Shown here: one piece after another, positions 1 through 9,904 of the stretch
Layout: every line of letters begins with the position of its first letter
Numbering within the stretch: the stretch's first letter is position 1
Made by a program: the position numbers and the translations under genes
DNA from: Isurus oxyrinchus
Lineage: Eukaryota
Reading direction: 5' to 3'
Assembly (NCBI GenBank): GCA_026770705.1
Contig: JANJGN010000100.1
Coordinates: forward strand, 1-64,000
DNA: 64,000 bases
Notes under the pieces: generated by a model
Database searches by the model: none
What the model saw: only the letters and a program-made list of their open reading frames with translations
What the model was told of the DNA's origin: nothing

Positions 1-432
1 GAGTTCAGCATCGTGCCGAGCCCGAAATTCATTGAGGTGAGGGCGTAAGGGTATGAAACTAAGTCCTTTGCTGAGCACTGAACGTTCAGCATCGGAGAGG
101 GGAAGGTCAGGGGGTATAGTGAATACACGGCTGGGGTTGGGATTGGAAGATGGGGTGGGGACGGAGGGACAGGCCGGGGTTGGGGGGTACTAGATGGGTG
201 TTGGTGTCAATGAGTTGTTGGAGCTTGTGTTCCTTAGCACTTGAGAGAAAGAGAAAAAGTTTCTTGTTGAGGCATCGGATGAGCCGAAGGATAAAATGAA
301 ACTGGGGGCACGCGCAACTTTGAAAAAGGGTACGGCGGTGCTGCTGGAGGGAGAGGTCGAGTGTGTTCATATGGTGCCGCATGGCACTGAGTGTGGATTT
401 CAGAATGTGATGGGAACAGCAGTCCGAGAAAT
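1..432 (-). mobile_element. Penelope-like element, N-terminal ORF region (continues beyond left edge of window)
   Basis: Minus-strand translation gives VFTIPPDLPLSDAERSVLSKGLSFIPLRPHLNEFRARHDAEL, with the LSKGLxFxP motif typical of PLE N-termini. It is joined directly to an inverted copy of the family's 3' end. Confidence 0.75.
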
Positions 433-748
433 CCATTCTTAATTAGCACATTTGTTTAGATAATATCACCAACTTTAACTTTAACACCTATGTTGTTGAC
501 ATCTTTTGATGATCTGCTTCTATCACTGCTTGTTTGTCCCTACAACCACACCCCACTCCACCTCTGTCTCTCTCTTTCTCTCTCCCCCCCCCCCCCCCCC
601 CCCCCCCCCCCACACACCTTAAACCAGCTTATATTTCAACTCTTTCTTGGATTCAAACTCAAGTTCTGTCGAAGGGTCATGAGGACTTGAAACATCAACT
701 CTTTTCTTCTCCGCCAATGCTGCCAGACCTGCTGAGTTTTTCCAGGTA
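431..748 (+). mobile_element. Penelope-like 3' terminal repeat (pLTR) fragment, inverted relative to 1-432
   Basis: Near-identical to 8430-8735; contains the hammerhead-like motif at 662-700 and a poly-C run at about 583-610. Confidence 0.85.
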
Positions 749-750
749 AT

Positions 751-1426
751 TATATTAGTAATACCTGTCATACCTATGTCAATGACATAACCCAGGTAAG
801 ACGCCCACAGTGACTGCTGGTACAGGACCCCAGCCATGGGGCCCATTTGCACACCTACAAATGGACTTTATACAAATGCCTAAATGTATGGGATATAATT
901 ATGTTTTAATTCTAGTGTGTTTGTTCTTGCGATGGGTGGAGGCGTATCCCACCCAATGCAATGATGCTGTTGTTGTAAAATTGTTCATTTTACTGCTGAA
1001 GTGATAAAGGAACTGTTGAAGGCCTTACAATGCAACCATCACCTTTCCTGCCCATACCACCCCCGGTCTACTGGAGCGATGGCAGGACAAAACAGTATTC
1101 TGAAAAACAAACTAGCTAAATTATGTGAAGAAACCAGTTTGAAAGGGCCTGAAGCTCTACCCTTGGCGCTCATGACTATGCGCTCTCACAGTAACTGTCT
1201 CAAGAGCTCGCATATACAGGTAGTAGAAGCTCAGAAAAAGCCCACCACTGAAGACTGCCATCAATACCAGCCCGGGGACCTAGTCCTGGTAAAGACCTTC
1301 AGTAGAAAGAACTGTTTGGAACCTCGATGGGAAGAACCTTTCCAAGTCCAGCTCACCACCCATACAGCCATGAAGCTTGAAGGATGCACTTGTGGATCCA
1401 CACATCGCACGTCAAACAGACGCTGA
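751..1426 (+). pseudogene. pol: Endogenous retrovirus integrase remnant (frameshifted, internally deleted)
   Basis: PWGPFAHLQMDFIQMPKCMGYNYVLILVCLFLRWVEAYPT (IN core), PYHPRSTG..NSILKNKLAK, and QPGDLVLVK..LEPRWEEPFQVQLTTHTAMK (GPY/F-like C-terminal module). Confidence 0.85.
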
Positions 1427-1472
1427 CCTCGGACGGAAGTGCTTGTGCAAGAACTTTAACTGAGCCATCGGA

Positions 1473-2470
1473 ATGCTGACTCTGATTTGGATCCTGTCCT
1501 GCATGGTCCTTGCAGGGGCATGGAATACCAATTCTGTGGTTCAACAAATACAGGCCGTAGCCTTGCAAGTTCATCGGACTGAATGTTGGATTTGTACTCA
1601 TTTTCCTCAATGCAAAACAACAGCTGAATTGCATGAGAGAGTGGAAAGGACCCTATCTGGTGCTGCTAACAACTCGTACAGCCCTGAAGATTAAAGGGAA
1701 GGAAGATTGGGTCCAAGCCACTCGTTGTCTGGCAGCCCTGTAGCATCAGATATTCACCCGCATCTGCGTCTCCATCGTCGTAACATCTCAAAATCTGAAC
1801 GATGCTGGATGATTGCTATCCCCTCTTGTGGAACTGTGCGTAACTCCCGAGAGGTTATCAACCTGGCAGCTGCGCTTGAAAAATTTGCCAATTCGACGGA
1901 AAATGCTTTTATTGAGACCCAGAAACAGATTTCAGACACCACTGCTGAAATGTTAGCCCTACGCCTGACAGCTCAACAAAATAGAATGGCCCTTGATTTC
2001 CTCCTAGCTGAAAAAGGTGGCACTTGTGCCATAATAGGCTCAGAATGCTGCGCCTATGTGCCTGATGTTTCTGAGAATATTATTGACCTGGAACAGCATG
2101 TTATGGATAAAGTGTGAGAAATAAAGAAAGTTGGGGAAAGGTTGAGCAGTGTTTATAACAAGGATTCCTGGCGGGCTACAGTAACGGGGTGGTTCGCCAG
2201 TTGGGAAAGTTAGCTGCTGATGTTTTAATTGGGTTAGTTTTATTAGGTGTTATAGGGTGTTGTGCATGTGCTACTATGAGGATTTGCTGTACCCATGTAT
2301 TAATGGAGCTATGACTGGAGTCACCACTGGATTAGGAGGAGCTCCCTTTGTCCCTCAATTGATACGCACTGGCCCCAGTGAAACCCCTGGTGGGGAGAAA
2401 AGGTTTACCCTGCCAGTGATTGGCATTTTCCTTATGGTTATGAGCCCCCTTTTGATGATGAAGATGTGAA
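1473..2470 (+). pseudogene. env: Endogenous retrovirus envelope remnant, gamma-type env
   Basis: Signal peptide MLTLIWILSCMVLAG, SU CWIC (CXXC) motif, basic cleavage-like RLHRR, immunosuppressive domain QNRMALDFLLAEKGGTC with CX6CC (CAIIGSECC), hydrophobic anchor at about 2210-2275. Contains stops and frameshifts; most of SU is deleted. Confidence 0.88.
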
Positions 2471-2497
2471 TAATCTAAAAGATTAACAAGGAGGGAT

Positions 2498-3048
2498 TGT
2501 TGAAGAATAAAATACATCTATACTTATGAGAGAAAAAAACTAAAAATACATGTATAATGAAATTACTGTAGAATGTCCCCAAACAGTCACACAGCCAGCA
2601 CATAAATTAGCAAATCAAAGGGCCAGTGCTACCTTCCCAGACAAAGGGGCTCCGGATGTCAGGTGCTCCGGATGTCAGGTACGGTGGCAAAATCTAAGAG
2701 AAAAAAACTATTGTGTGTGCATTGCCCAGGATATGTAACCATTAACACTATCTATTTGTTGAACCATCGACATTGTCCTCTCTATTTGCTAAACCATTGA
2801 CATTGTCGTGTCTAATCGTTAAATCATTAACACTGATCGCTATCCTTTGAAACCATTTGAAACTATTGTAATTGCCCAAGTTTCTGTCACGAACCTTTTG
2901 CTATAGTTATGTGTGTAAAGCGGTGTTAGTTGGAGTGTCGGCTAGCTCTGTTCTATGCTGTTGGGCTCTCTGTGATATCACGATTATAATAAAAGGCTTC
3001 CGAGACAAACCTCCTGGGTCTGAGTGTTCACTCGGTTTTTCCGCAACA
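2498..3048 (+). mobile_element. ERV 3' LTR (551 bp)
   Basis: Preceded by purine-rich tract AACAAGGAGGGAT. Termini TGTTG...CAACA are inverted repeats. AATAAA at 2988-2993; tandem repeats in the U3 portion. Confidence 0.82.
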
Positions 3049-3299
3049 ATTATGTATGTAGATGTAAGAAGGAAGTTGATAAAATAAATGAATAGAGACA
3101 ATGTGGCAGATTGAGCTTACTGTGGGCAGGTGTGAGGGCATTCACCTTGAATCTTCAAACTTTAACCACGGAGAAAAGAAGGATTTTAATGATACTTAAT
3201 TGTCCTCTTTTACAATCATTGAAATCGTGTAGAGGGGGAGAAAATACAATCGGAATGGCGAAAGGAGGTAAGTCCTTATTGGAAGATAACTGGGACAGG

Positions 3300-3900
3300 T
3301 AGCGGCAAAAGTTAGGCATCAGTAATCTGATCAGACGGTATCTACATGAATACATTCAGCTCTGTGCTCCTCACCACAGGCAACATAAATTTGCTTCCGA
3401 GTTAATACAGCACAGATTGACCAGCAGGATACCAGGGACAGAATATTAAATTGTGGGGAGAGGTTGCAGAATTGTCAGTTTATTCCATTGACTATAGAAT
3501 ATTGAAAGGAGGTCTGTTCGAGGTGATTTAGTGTTAAACTATTTGACAGAAAAAATAATTCTTCTTTCGGAGAATAAAGGATGAGGGTGTATAATATTAC
3601 AATTAGAGGTAGGCTATATTTGAGGAGAAACTGAATTTCTTCCATGCAGAGGGTTATGAATCCGAAGCTCTTGCCTCCAAAGTATTTGGATTTGATTCAT
3701 TCAAAGCATTAAGTAGAATTACAGGATATACAGCACAGAAACAGGGCACTCAGCCCAGCAGGTCTGTGCGGCTGATTAAGCTAAGCAAGAGAATGCCCCA
3801 ATAACTCTTCATCTATCTTATATTGATACAACCACTTCTAGTAATTCCCACAAGTTGATACGTTTGCCCTATATATATTTCAACAAACACTTCTGTAACC
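3300..3900. mobile_element. Decayed CR1-clade LINE 3' fragments (both orientations)
   Basis: Degenerate similarity to the CR1 3' ends at 48400-49085 and 42910-43530. Confidence 0.5.
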
Positions 3901-4519
3901 CAAAAATATTTATCAGGGTGTAACCCACTTTACTCATTTCTCGAGATAAGAGACACAGCGTCTGCAAGATATCTAGCCATTATGATCTCAAATTTCTTGT
4001 CATGCGAGTAAAAACAAATTTATCGAAATGAAGACTAGAACTGTGGTTGGAGATTCTCACGTGTGATCCAACGGGTCTCAATGTAACAGTAATGCAACTT
4101 TTCTGATTTTCAGTTTCCTCCCTTTAGAAATGAAACTCAGTTTTTGTTGTGTGTCAAATTGCGTGGATAAACTCTGTCGCTACGGAACTTGCACCAGTCA
4201 CTGTAGACCCCCTTGTTCCCTGCCACATTTAGACTCTAATTTTTCAAGGGGTATCTTGCCTCATTATTATATATGTTTGTGCTCTTTGTACCTTTTCACT
4301 ATATTTTCAAGATGTTCCTTAGCTAAGCACAATTGTATCATGGTATATTGGGCTAAGGAGGATAAATAAATTTAGGCTTCAGACCAATTGAGAACTAGAT
4401 GAATTTGGAGCAGGGCTGAAGAGTTGAAAGTCATCCACCTGCTCCTATGTTTCGGAGTTACCTGTTGGGCATGATTAGAGCTGGTGGCTTTGCTCTAGTG
4501 CTCACTTTGTGTCTTGCAG

Positions 4520-5854
4520 GTTAAACAGACGTTATACAAACTTAAAAACAAAACAAAACTGCGGATGCTGGAAATCCAAAACAAAAACAGAATTACCTGG
4601 AAAAGCTCAGCAGGTCTGGCAGCATCGGCAGAGAAGAAAAGAGTTGACGTTTCGAGTCCTCATGACCCTTCGACAGAACTTGATTTCGAGTCCAAGAAAG
4701 AGTTGAAATATAAGCTGGTTTAAGGAGTGTGTGTGGGGCGGAGAGAGAGAGGTGGTTGTGTAGACAAACAAGCAGTGATAGAAGCAGATCATCAAAAGAT
4801 GTCAGCGACAATGGTACAAAAGAACACATAGGTGTTAAAATTAAAGTTGGTGATATTATCTAAACGAATGTGCTAATTAAGAATGGATGGTAGGGCACTC
4901 AAGGTACAGCTCTAGTGGGGGTGGAGGGAGCATAAAAGATTTTAAAATATTTAAAAATAATGGAAATAGGTGGGAAAAGAAAAATCTATAAAATTTATAG
5001 GGAAAAAAAAGGGGAAAAGGGGGAAACAGAAAGGGGGTGGGGAGGAACAACACCTCATCTTCCGACTAGGCACCTTACAGCCTTCCGGTCTGAATATTGA
5101 GTTCAACAACTTTAGGTCGTGAGCTCCCTCCCCCATCCCCACCCCCTTTCTGTTTCCCCCTTTTCCCCTTTTTTTTCCCTATAAATTTTATAGATTTTTC
5201 TTTTCCCACATATTTCCATTATTTTTAAATATTTTAAAATCTTTTATGCTCCCCCCACCCCCACTAGAGCTGTACCTTGAGTGCCCTACCATCCATTCTT
5301 AATTAGCACATTCGTTTAGATAATATCACCAACTTTAACTTTAACACCTATGTGTTCTTTTGTACCATTGTCGCTGACATCTTTTGATGATCTGCTTCTA
5401 TCACTGCTTGTTTGTCTACACAACCACCTCTCTCTCTCTCTCTCTCTCCGCCCCACACACACACCTTAAACCAGCTTATATTTCAACTCTTTCTTGGACT
5501 CGAAATCAAGTTCTGTCGAAGGGTCATGAGGACTCGAAACGTCAACTCTTTTCTTCTCCGCCGATGCTGCCAGACCTGCTGAGTTTTTCCAGATAATTCT
5601 GTTTTTGTTATACAAACTTATCCATCAGAGACTCCGGCTGAACAGAAAATGATATTGATGCACTGCCGCACAACCATCCCATTCCCTGTGATATACTGGT
5701 ACGTTAAGCCTCCAAACCAGAGCCCAAAGTTGCTGATAATGGCGTCGACAAACGGTGAACAAAAAGGTCGATTTAGAGCCGTCAGTTGAAGCTTGGATAA
5801 AAGCAGCCCCCTGACTATCTCAGCTTTGAGTCTCACAGACACTTCTGTGCTGTA
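4520..5854 (+). pseudogene. TCR V-alpha/delta-like variable segment pseudogene, interrupted by a Penelope insertion (4545-5606)
   Basis: Acceptor ttgtgtcttgcAG at 4518-4519. After removing the insert: G*TDVIQTYPSETPAEQKMILMHCRTTIPFPVIYWYVKPPNQSPKLLIMASTNGEQKGRFRAVS*SLDKSSPLTISALSLTDTSV. Cys at 5664, IYWY Trp at 5697, stops at 4522 and 5787, YYC missing. Confidence 0.8.
4545..5606. mobile_element. Penelope-derived inverted-repeat (hairpin) insertion with 14-bp target-site duplication
   Basis: 4545-5040 is the reverse complement of the PLE 3' end and 5041-5606 is the forward 3' end. GTTATACAAACTTA is duplicated at 4531-4544 and 5607-5620. Confidence 0.9.
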
Positions 5855-5893
5855 CACACGTGTAGTAAGGGGCGACAGCGCCGTACAAAAACC
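5855..5893 (+). promoter_or_regulatory. Recombination signal sequence (23-spacer type, degenerate heptamer)
   Basis: CACACGT at 5855-5861, 23-nt spacer, perfect nonamer ACAAAAACC at 5885-5893, directly after the V-like coding end. Confidence 0.75.
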
Positions 5894-6390
5894 TCAGCTC
5901 CAGTTTGAACCGTATCTTTAGGAAGAAGAATTAATGAAGCAGATATTGACATTGGAGGATGAAGTAAAGTAGATTATAAAGAAATTGGCAGGAGGTTTTA
6001 TGCCTATCTGTTTATGATTATACAATCTTTTCCACATGGAATGGTAAACCTACCCACTCAAACTTAATTTTAGCTTATAACATCAACTAAGAGAAAAAGT
6101 TCATTAAAATAACCTAGTCAACTTTACCTTCTAAAAGCTCTGTGCTGAAATTAAATAGCTTCACTCCTAGGAGTTGTCGAACCAGTAAAATTAAATCAGA
6201 GTAGAATATAACTACAGGCATATTATTCTGTGAAAGAAGCTCTTTTCAAGTTTACCACTACCAGCACTTAGAAGAGCTTGCTTATTCTAGGGTAAATATT
6301 GTTATCAATATGTGGGTTCGTGAGGATTTCAGTGTGAGGCGACAGCTTTTGATTAATTACTTATGAATAAGTGAAATAGTATAAAATTTA

Positions 6391-8750
6391 CCCATTCTAA
6401 CCTGTCTCTCTCTGAACTTACTGCACTCCATTCTCTCAGGTTCAACCCTGACATTGTCATCAAACCCGCTGACAAGGGTGGTGCTGTTGTTGTCTGGCGC
6501 ACTGACCTCTACCTCGCGGAGGCTGAGTGTCAACTTGCAGACACTTCCTCCTACCTCTCCCTGGACCATGACCCCACCACTGAACATCAAGCCATTGTTT
6601 CCAGGACTGTCACTGACCTCATCTCCTCTGGGGATCTCCCTCCCACAGCTTCCAACCTGATAGTCGCCCAACCTCGGACGGCCCGCTTCTATCTCCTACC
6701 CAAAATCCACAAACAGAACTGCCCCGGTAGACCGATCGTCTCAGCTTGCTCCTGCCCCACAGAACTCATTTCTCGTTATCTTGACTCCCTTCTCTCTCCC
6801 CTTGTCCAGTCCCTTCCCACCTACATCCGTGATTCCTCTGACACCTTACGTCACATCAACAATTTCCAGTTCCCTGGCTCCAACCGCTTCCTCTTCACGA
6901 TGGACGTCCAATCCCTCTACACCTCCATCCCCCACCAGGATGGTCTGAGGGCCCTTAGCTTCTTCCTCGAACAGAGGCCCGAACAATCCCCATCCACCAC
7001 TACTCTCCTCCGTCTGGCTGAACTTGTTCTCACGTTGAACAATTTCTCCTTCAACTCCTCTCACTTTCTCCAAATAAAAGGTGTGGCAATGGGTACCCGC
7101 AAGGGCCCCAGCTATGCCTGTCTCTTTATGGGGTATGTGGAACATTCCTTGTTGCAGTCCTACTCCGGCCCCCTTCCACAACTTTTTCTCCGGTACATCG
7201 ATGATTACTTCGGTGCTGCTTCATGCTCTCGTCGGGACTTGGAAAAATTTATTAATTTTGCTTCCAATCTCCACCCCTCCATCATTTTCACGTGGTCCAT
7301 CTCTGACACTTCCCTTCCCTTCCTTGACCTCTCTGTCTCAATCTCTGGTGATAGACTGTCCACCAATATCCATTACAAACCCACCGACTCCCACAACTAC
7401 CTCGACTACAGCTCCTCACACCCCGCTTCCTGTAAGGACTCCATCCCATTCTCCCAGTTCCTTCGCCTTCGTCGCATCTGTTCCGATGATGCTACCTTCA
7501 AAAATGGTTCCTCTGACATGTCCTCCTTCTTCCTTAACCGAGGTTTTCCACCCACGGCGTTGACAGGGCCCTCAACCATGTCCGGCCCATCTCCCGCGCA
7601 TCCGCCCTCACGCCTTCTCCTCCCTCCCAGAAACATGATAGGGTCCCCCTTGTCCTCACTTATCACCCCACCAGCCTCCGCATTCAAAGGATCATCCTCC
7701 GTCATTTCCGCCAACTCCAGCATGATGCCACCACCAAACACATCTTCCCTTCACCCCCCTTATCGGCATTCCATAGGGATCGCTCCCTCTGGGACACCCT
7801 GGTCCACTCCTCCATCACCCCCTACTCCTCAGCCCCCTCCTATGGCACCACCCCATGCCCACGCAAAAGATGTAACACCTGCCCCTTCACTTCCTCTCTC
7901 CTCACCGTCCAAGGGCCCAAACATTCCTTTCAAGTGAAGCAGCATTTCATTTGCATTTCCCCCAACTTAGTCTACTGCATTCGTTGCTCCCAATGTGGTC
8001 TCCTCTACATTGGAGAGACCAAACGTAAACTGGGCGACCGCTTTGCAGAACACCTGCGGTCTGTCGGCAAGAATGACCCAAACCTCCCTGTCGCTTGCCA
8101 TTTTAACACTCCACCCTGCTCTCTTGCCCACATGTCTGTCCTTGGCTTGCTGCATTGTTCCAGTGAAGCCCAACGCAAACTGGAGGAACAACACCTCATC
8201 TTCCGACTAGGCACCTTACAGCCTTCCGGTCTGAATATTGAATTCAACAACTTTAGGTCGTGAGCTCCCTCCCCCATCCCCACCCCCTTTCTGTTTCCCC
8301 CTTTTTCCTTTTTTTCCCCTATAAATTTTATAGATTTTTCTTTTCCCACCTATTTCCATTATTTTTAAATATTTTAAAATCTTTTATTCTCCCTCCACCC
8401 CCACTAGAGCTGTACCTTGAGTGCCCTACCATCCATTCTTAATTAGCACATTCGTTTAGATAATATCACCAACTTTAACTTTAACACCTATGTGTTCTTT
8501 TGTACCATTGTCGCTGACATCTTTTGATGATCTGCTTCTATCACTGCTTGTTTGTCTACACAACCACCTCTCTCTCTCTATCTCTCCGCCCCCCGCACAC
8601 ACACCTTAAACCAGCTTATATTTCAACTCTTTCTTGGACTCGAAATCAAGTTCTGTCGAAGGGTCATGAGGACTCGAAACGTCAACTCTTTTCTTCTCCG
8701 CCGATGCTGCCAGACCTGCTGAGTTTTTCCAGGTAATTCTGTTTTTGTTT
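6391..8750 (+). mobile_element. Young 5'-truncated Penelope-like retroelement (RT + GIY-YIG endonuclease)
   Basis: Open from 6393 (KPADKGG, YLLPKIHK, GRPIVS, MDVQSLYTSIP, GVAMG, RYIDD). One frameshift at about 7558, then VPLVLTYHP, CPRKRCNTC and NLVYCIRCSQCGLLYIGETKR..GLN to stop 8263, followed by the 3' pLTR. Confidence 0.93.
8649..8687 (+). ncRNA. Minimal type I hammerhead-ribozyme-like motif in the PLE 3' repeat (other copies 662-700 +, 4642-4680 -, 5509-5547 +, 26918-26956 -, 36094-36132 -)
   Basis: AGTT-CTGTCGA-A-GGGTC-atgag-GACTC-GAAA-CG-TC-AACT: stem I AGTT/AACT, 5-bp stem II, GAAA, palindromic ACGT in place of stem III, UC cleavage site. The core differs from CUGANGA at one position. 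Confidence 0.62.
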
Positions 8751-9163
8751 TAAAATTTTAAATCCATGTTACTGAACAATCTTGATTTTCGAACAAATAT
8801 TGATTTGAAGAAGTTAAGTACTTACGATCCAGTACAATTTCTTAATAGTATAGTGTGCCTTTCTCTTAACTTTTAAAAGGAATTCTCTCAGAACTCAACC
8901 CTTTGTGTCCTCAAGATGGCCGAGCTATGTCTCTGTGGTTGCTTGTCTGGGTAATGGCTTTTACAGGGGGCAAGTGTCTTCTCTCTGTAGCCTAGTGTAC
9001 TATCTTTACATTGGTAAACTTATCAGTTCCACCGTTGAATCAAGTATTGATGATCCATATTCCATATCATTCCGCCATACCACCAAACTAATGTTGTAGC
9101 TGGGAATTTCAGCACTAATTCCGTCCTTCTCTCTCCAACTCTCTCTTTCTCTCTGCCTTACAG

Positions 9164-9900
9164 CTAACTTTCTCACGATCGTGACCCTTTCCGAGGACGA
9201 TGTGGTCTCTCCAGATGCCAAGTATCTGGTATCCATGGCAGTGACAGATCTCCTTGTGATTATCAATACACTGGTATTAAGCTGTTTCTGGCTGTTTATT
9301 TTCCAGACAGTTTTATGTCCACCACTCTCACCTGTCGTCTTATTGTTGCTCTAAGCTTCCCTTCCAGAGACTGCTCCCTCTGGTTAACTTTCGCTTTCAC
9401 CTTTTACCGCTTTCTAGCCATTTGTCACCTGGAGTTGAAAATGAAATGCTGCACTGAAAAAACAGCAGCTGTAATTTAAGCAATGGTCTGGATGCTGGTT
9501 TCTTTGATAAACATCACTTTTTATTTCATAAATTAACCTATGTATATCTTTAATAATGTTGTCTGTCTCTGGAGCATAACATTGGCATTTTATATTTCAG
9601 TTCCATGGAGAATGTTTGACTGGCTGGATTGTATTCTAACTCCATGCCTCTTCTTCCTCCTGATTTTACTGCTCGATACTGTGACAGTCAGAAAAATTCT
9701 CCTGGCAAGTAGATCCCACAGCAGACTCTGATCCTACAGAAGTGGAGAGAATCAGTTTGACCCAGAGATGGGCAGCCACAGCAAGTCTATTTTTCTACTC
9801 TCCTCCATGTCAGGCAGTATTCTCCTGCAGGAGTTGACATATATTGTGCATTTCCTGTTTGCATAAATTACAGGAAATAGCTGTTTTACCAGTTCCATTT
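9164..9900 (+). pseudogene. GPR139/GPR142-like class A GPCR pseudogene, main coding exon, 3'-truncated by a LINE
   Basis: Acceptor ctctgccttacAG, then ANFLTIVTLS/RGRCGLSRC/KYLVSMAVTDLLVII..RDCSLWLTFAFTFYRFLAICH..CTEKTAA..FDWLDCILTPCL..GENQFDPEM. Multiple stops and frameshifts; colinear with 61200-62109. Confidence 0.85.
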
Positions 9901-9904
9901 CCAA

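Noticed and set aside
6846-8349. Antisense and alternate-frame ORFs over the Penelope element and its pLTR copies
   Set aside because: Shadow frames of a C-rich retroelement with no independent motifs.
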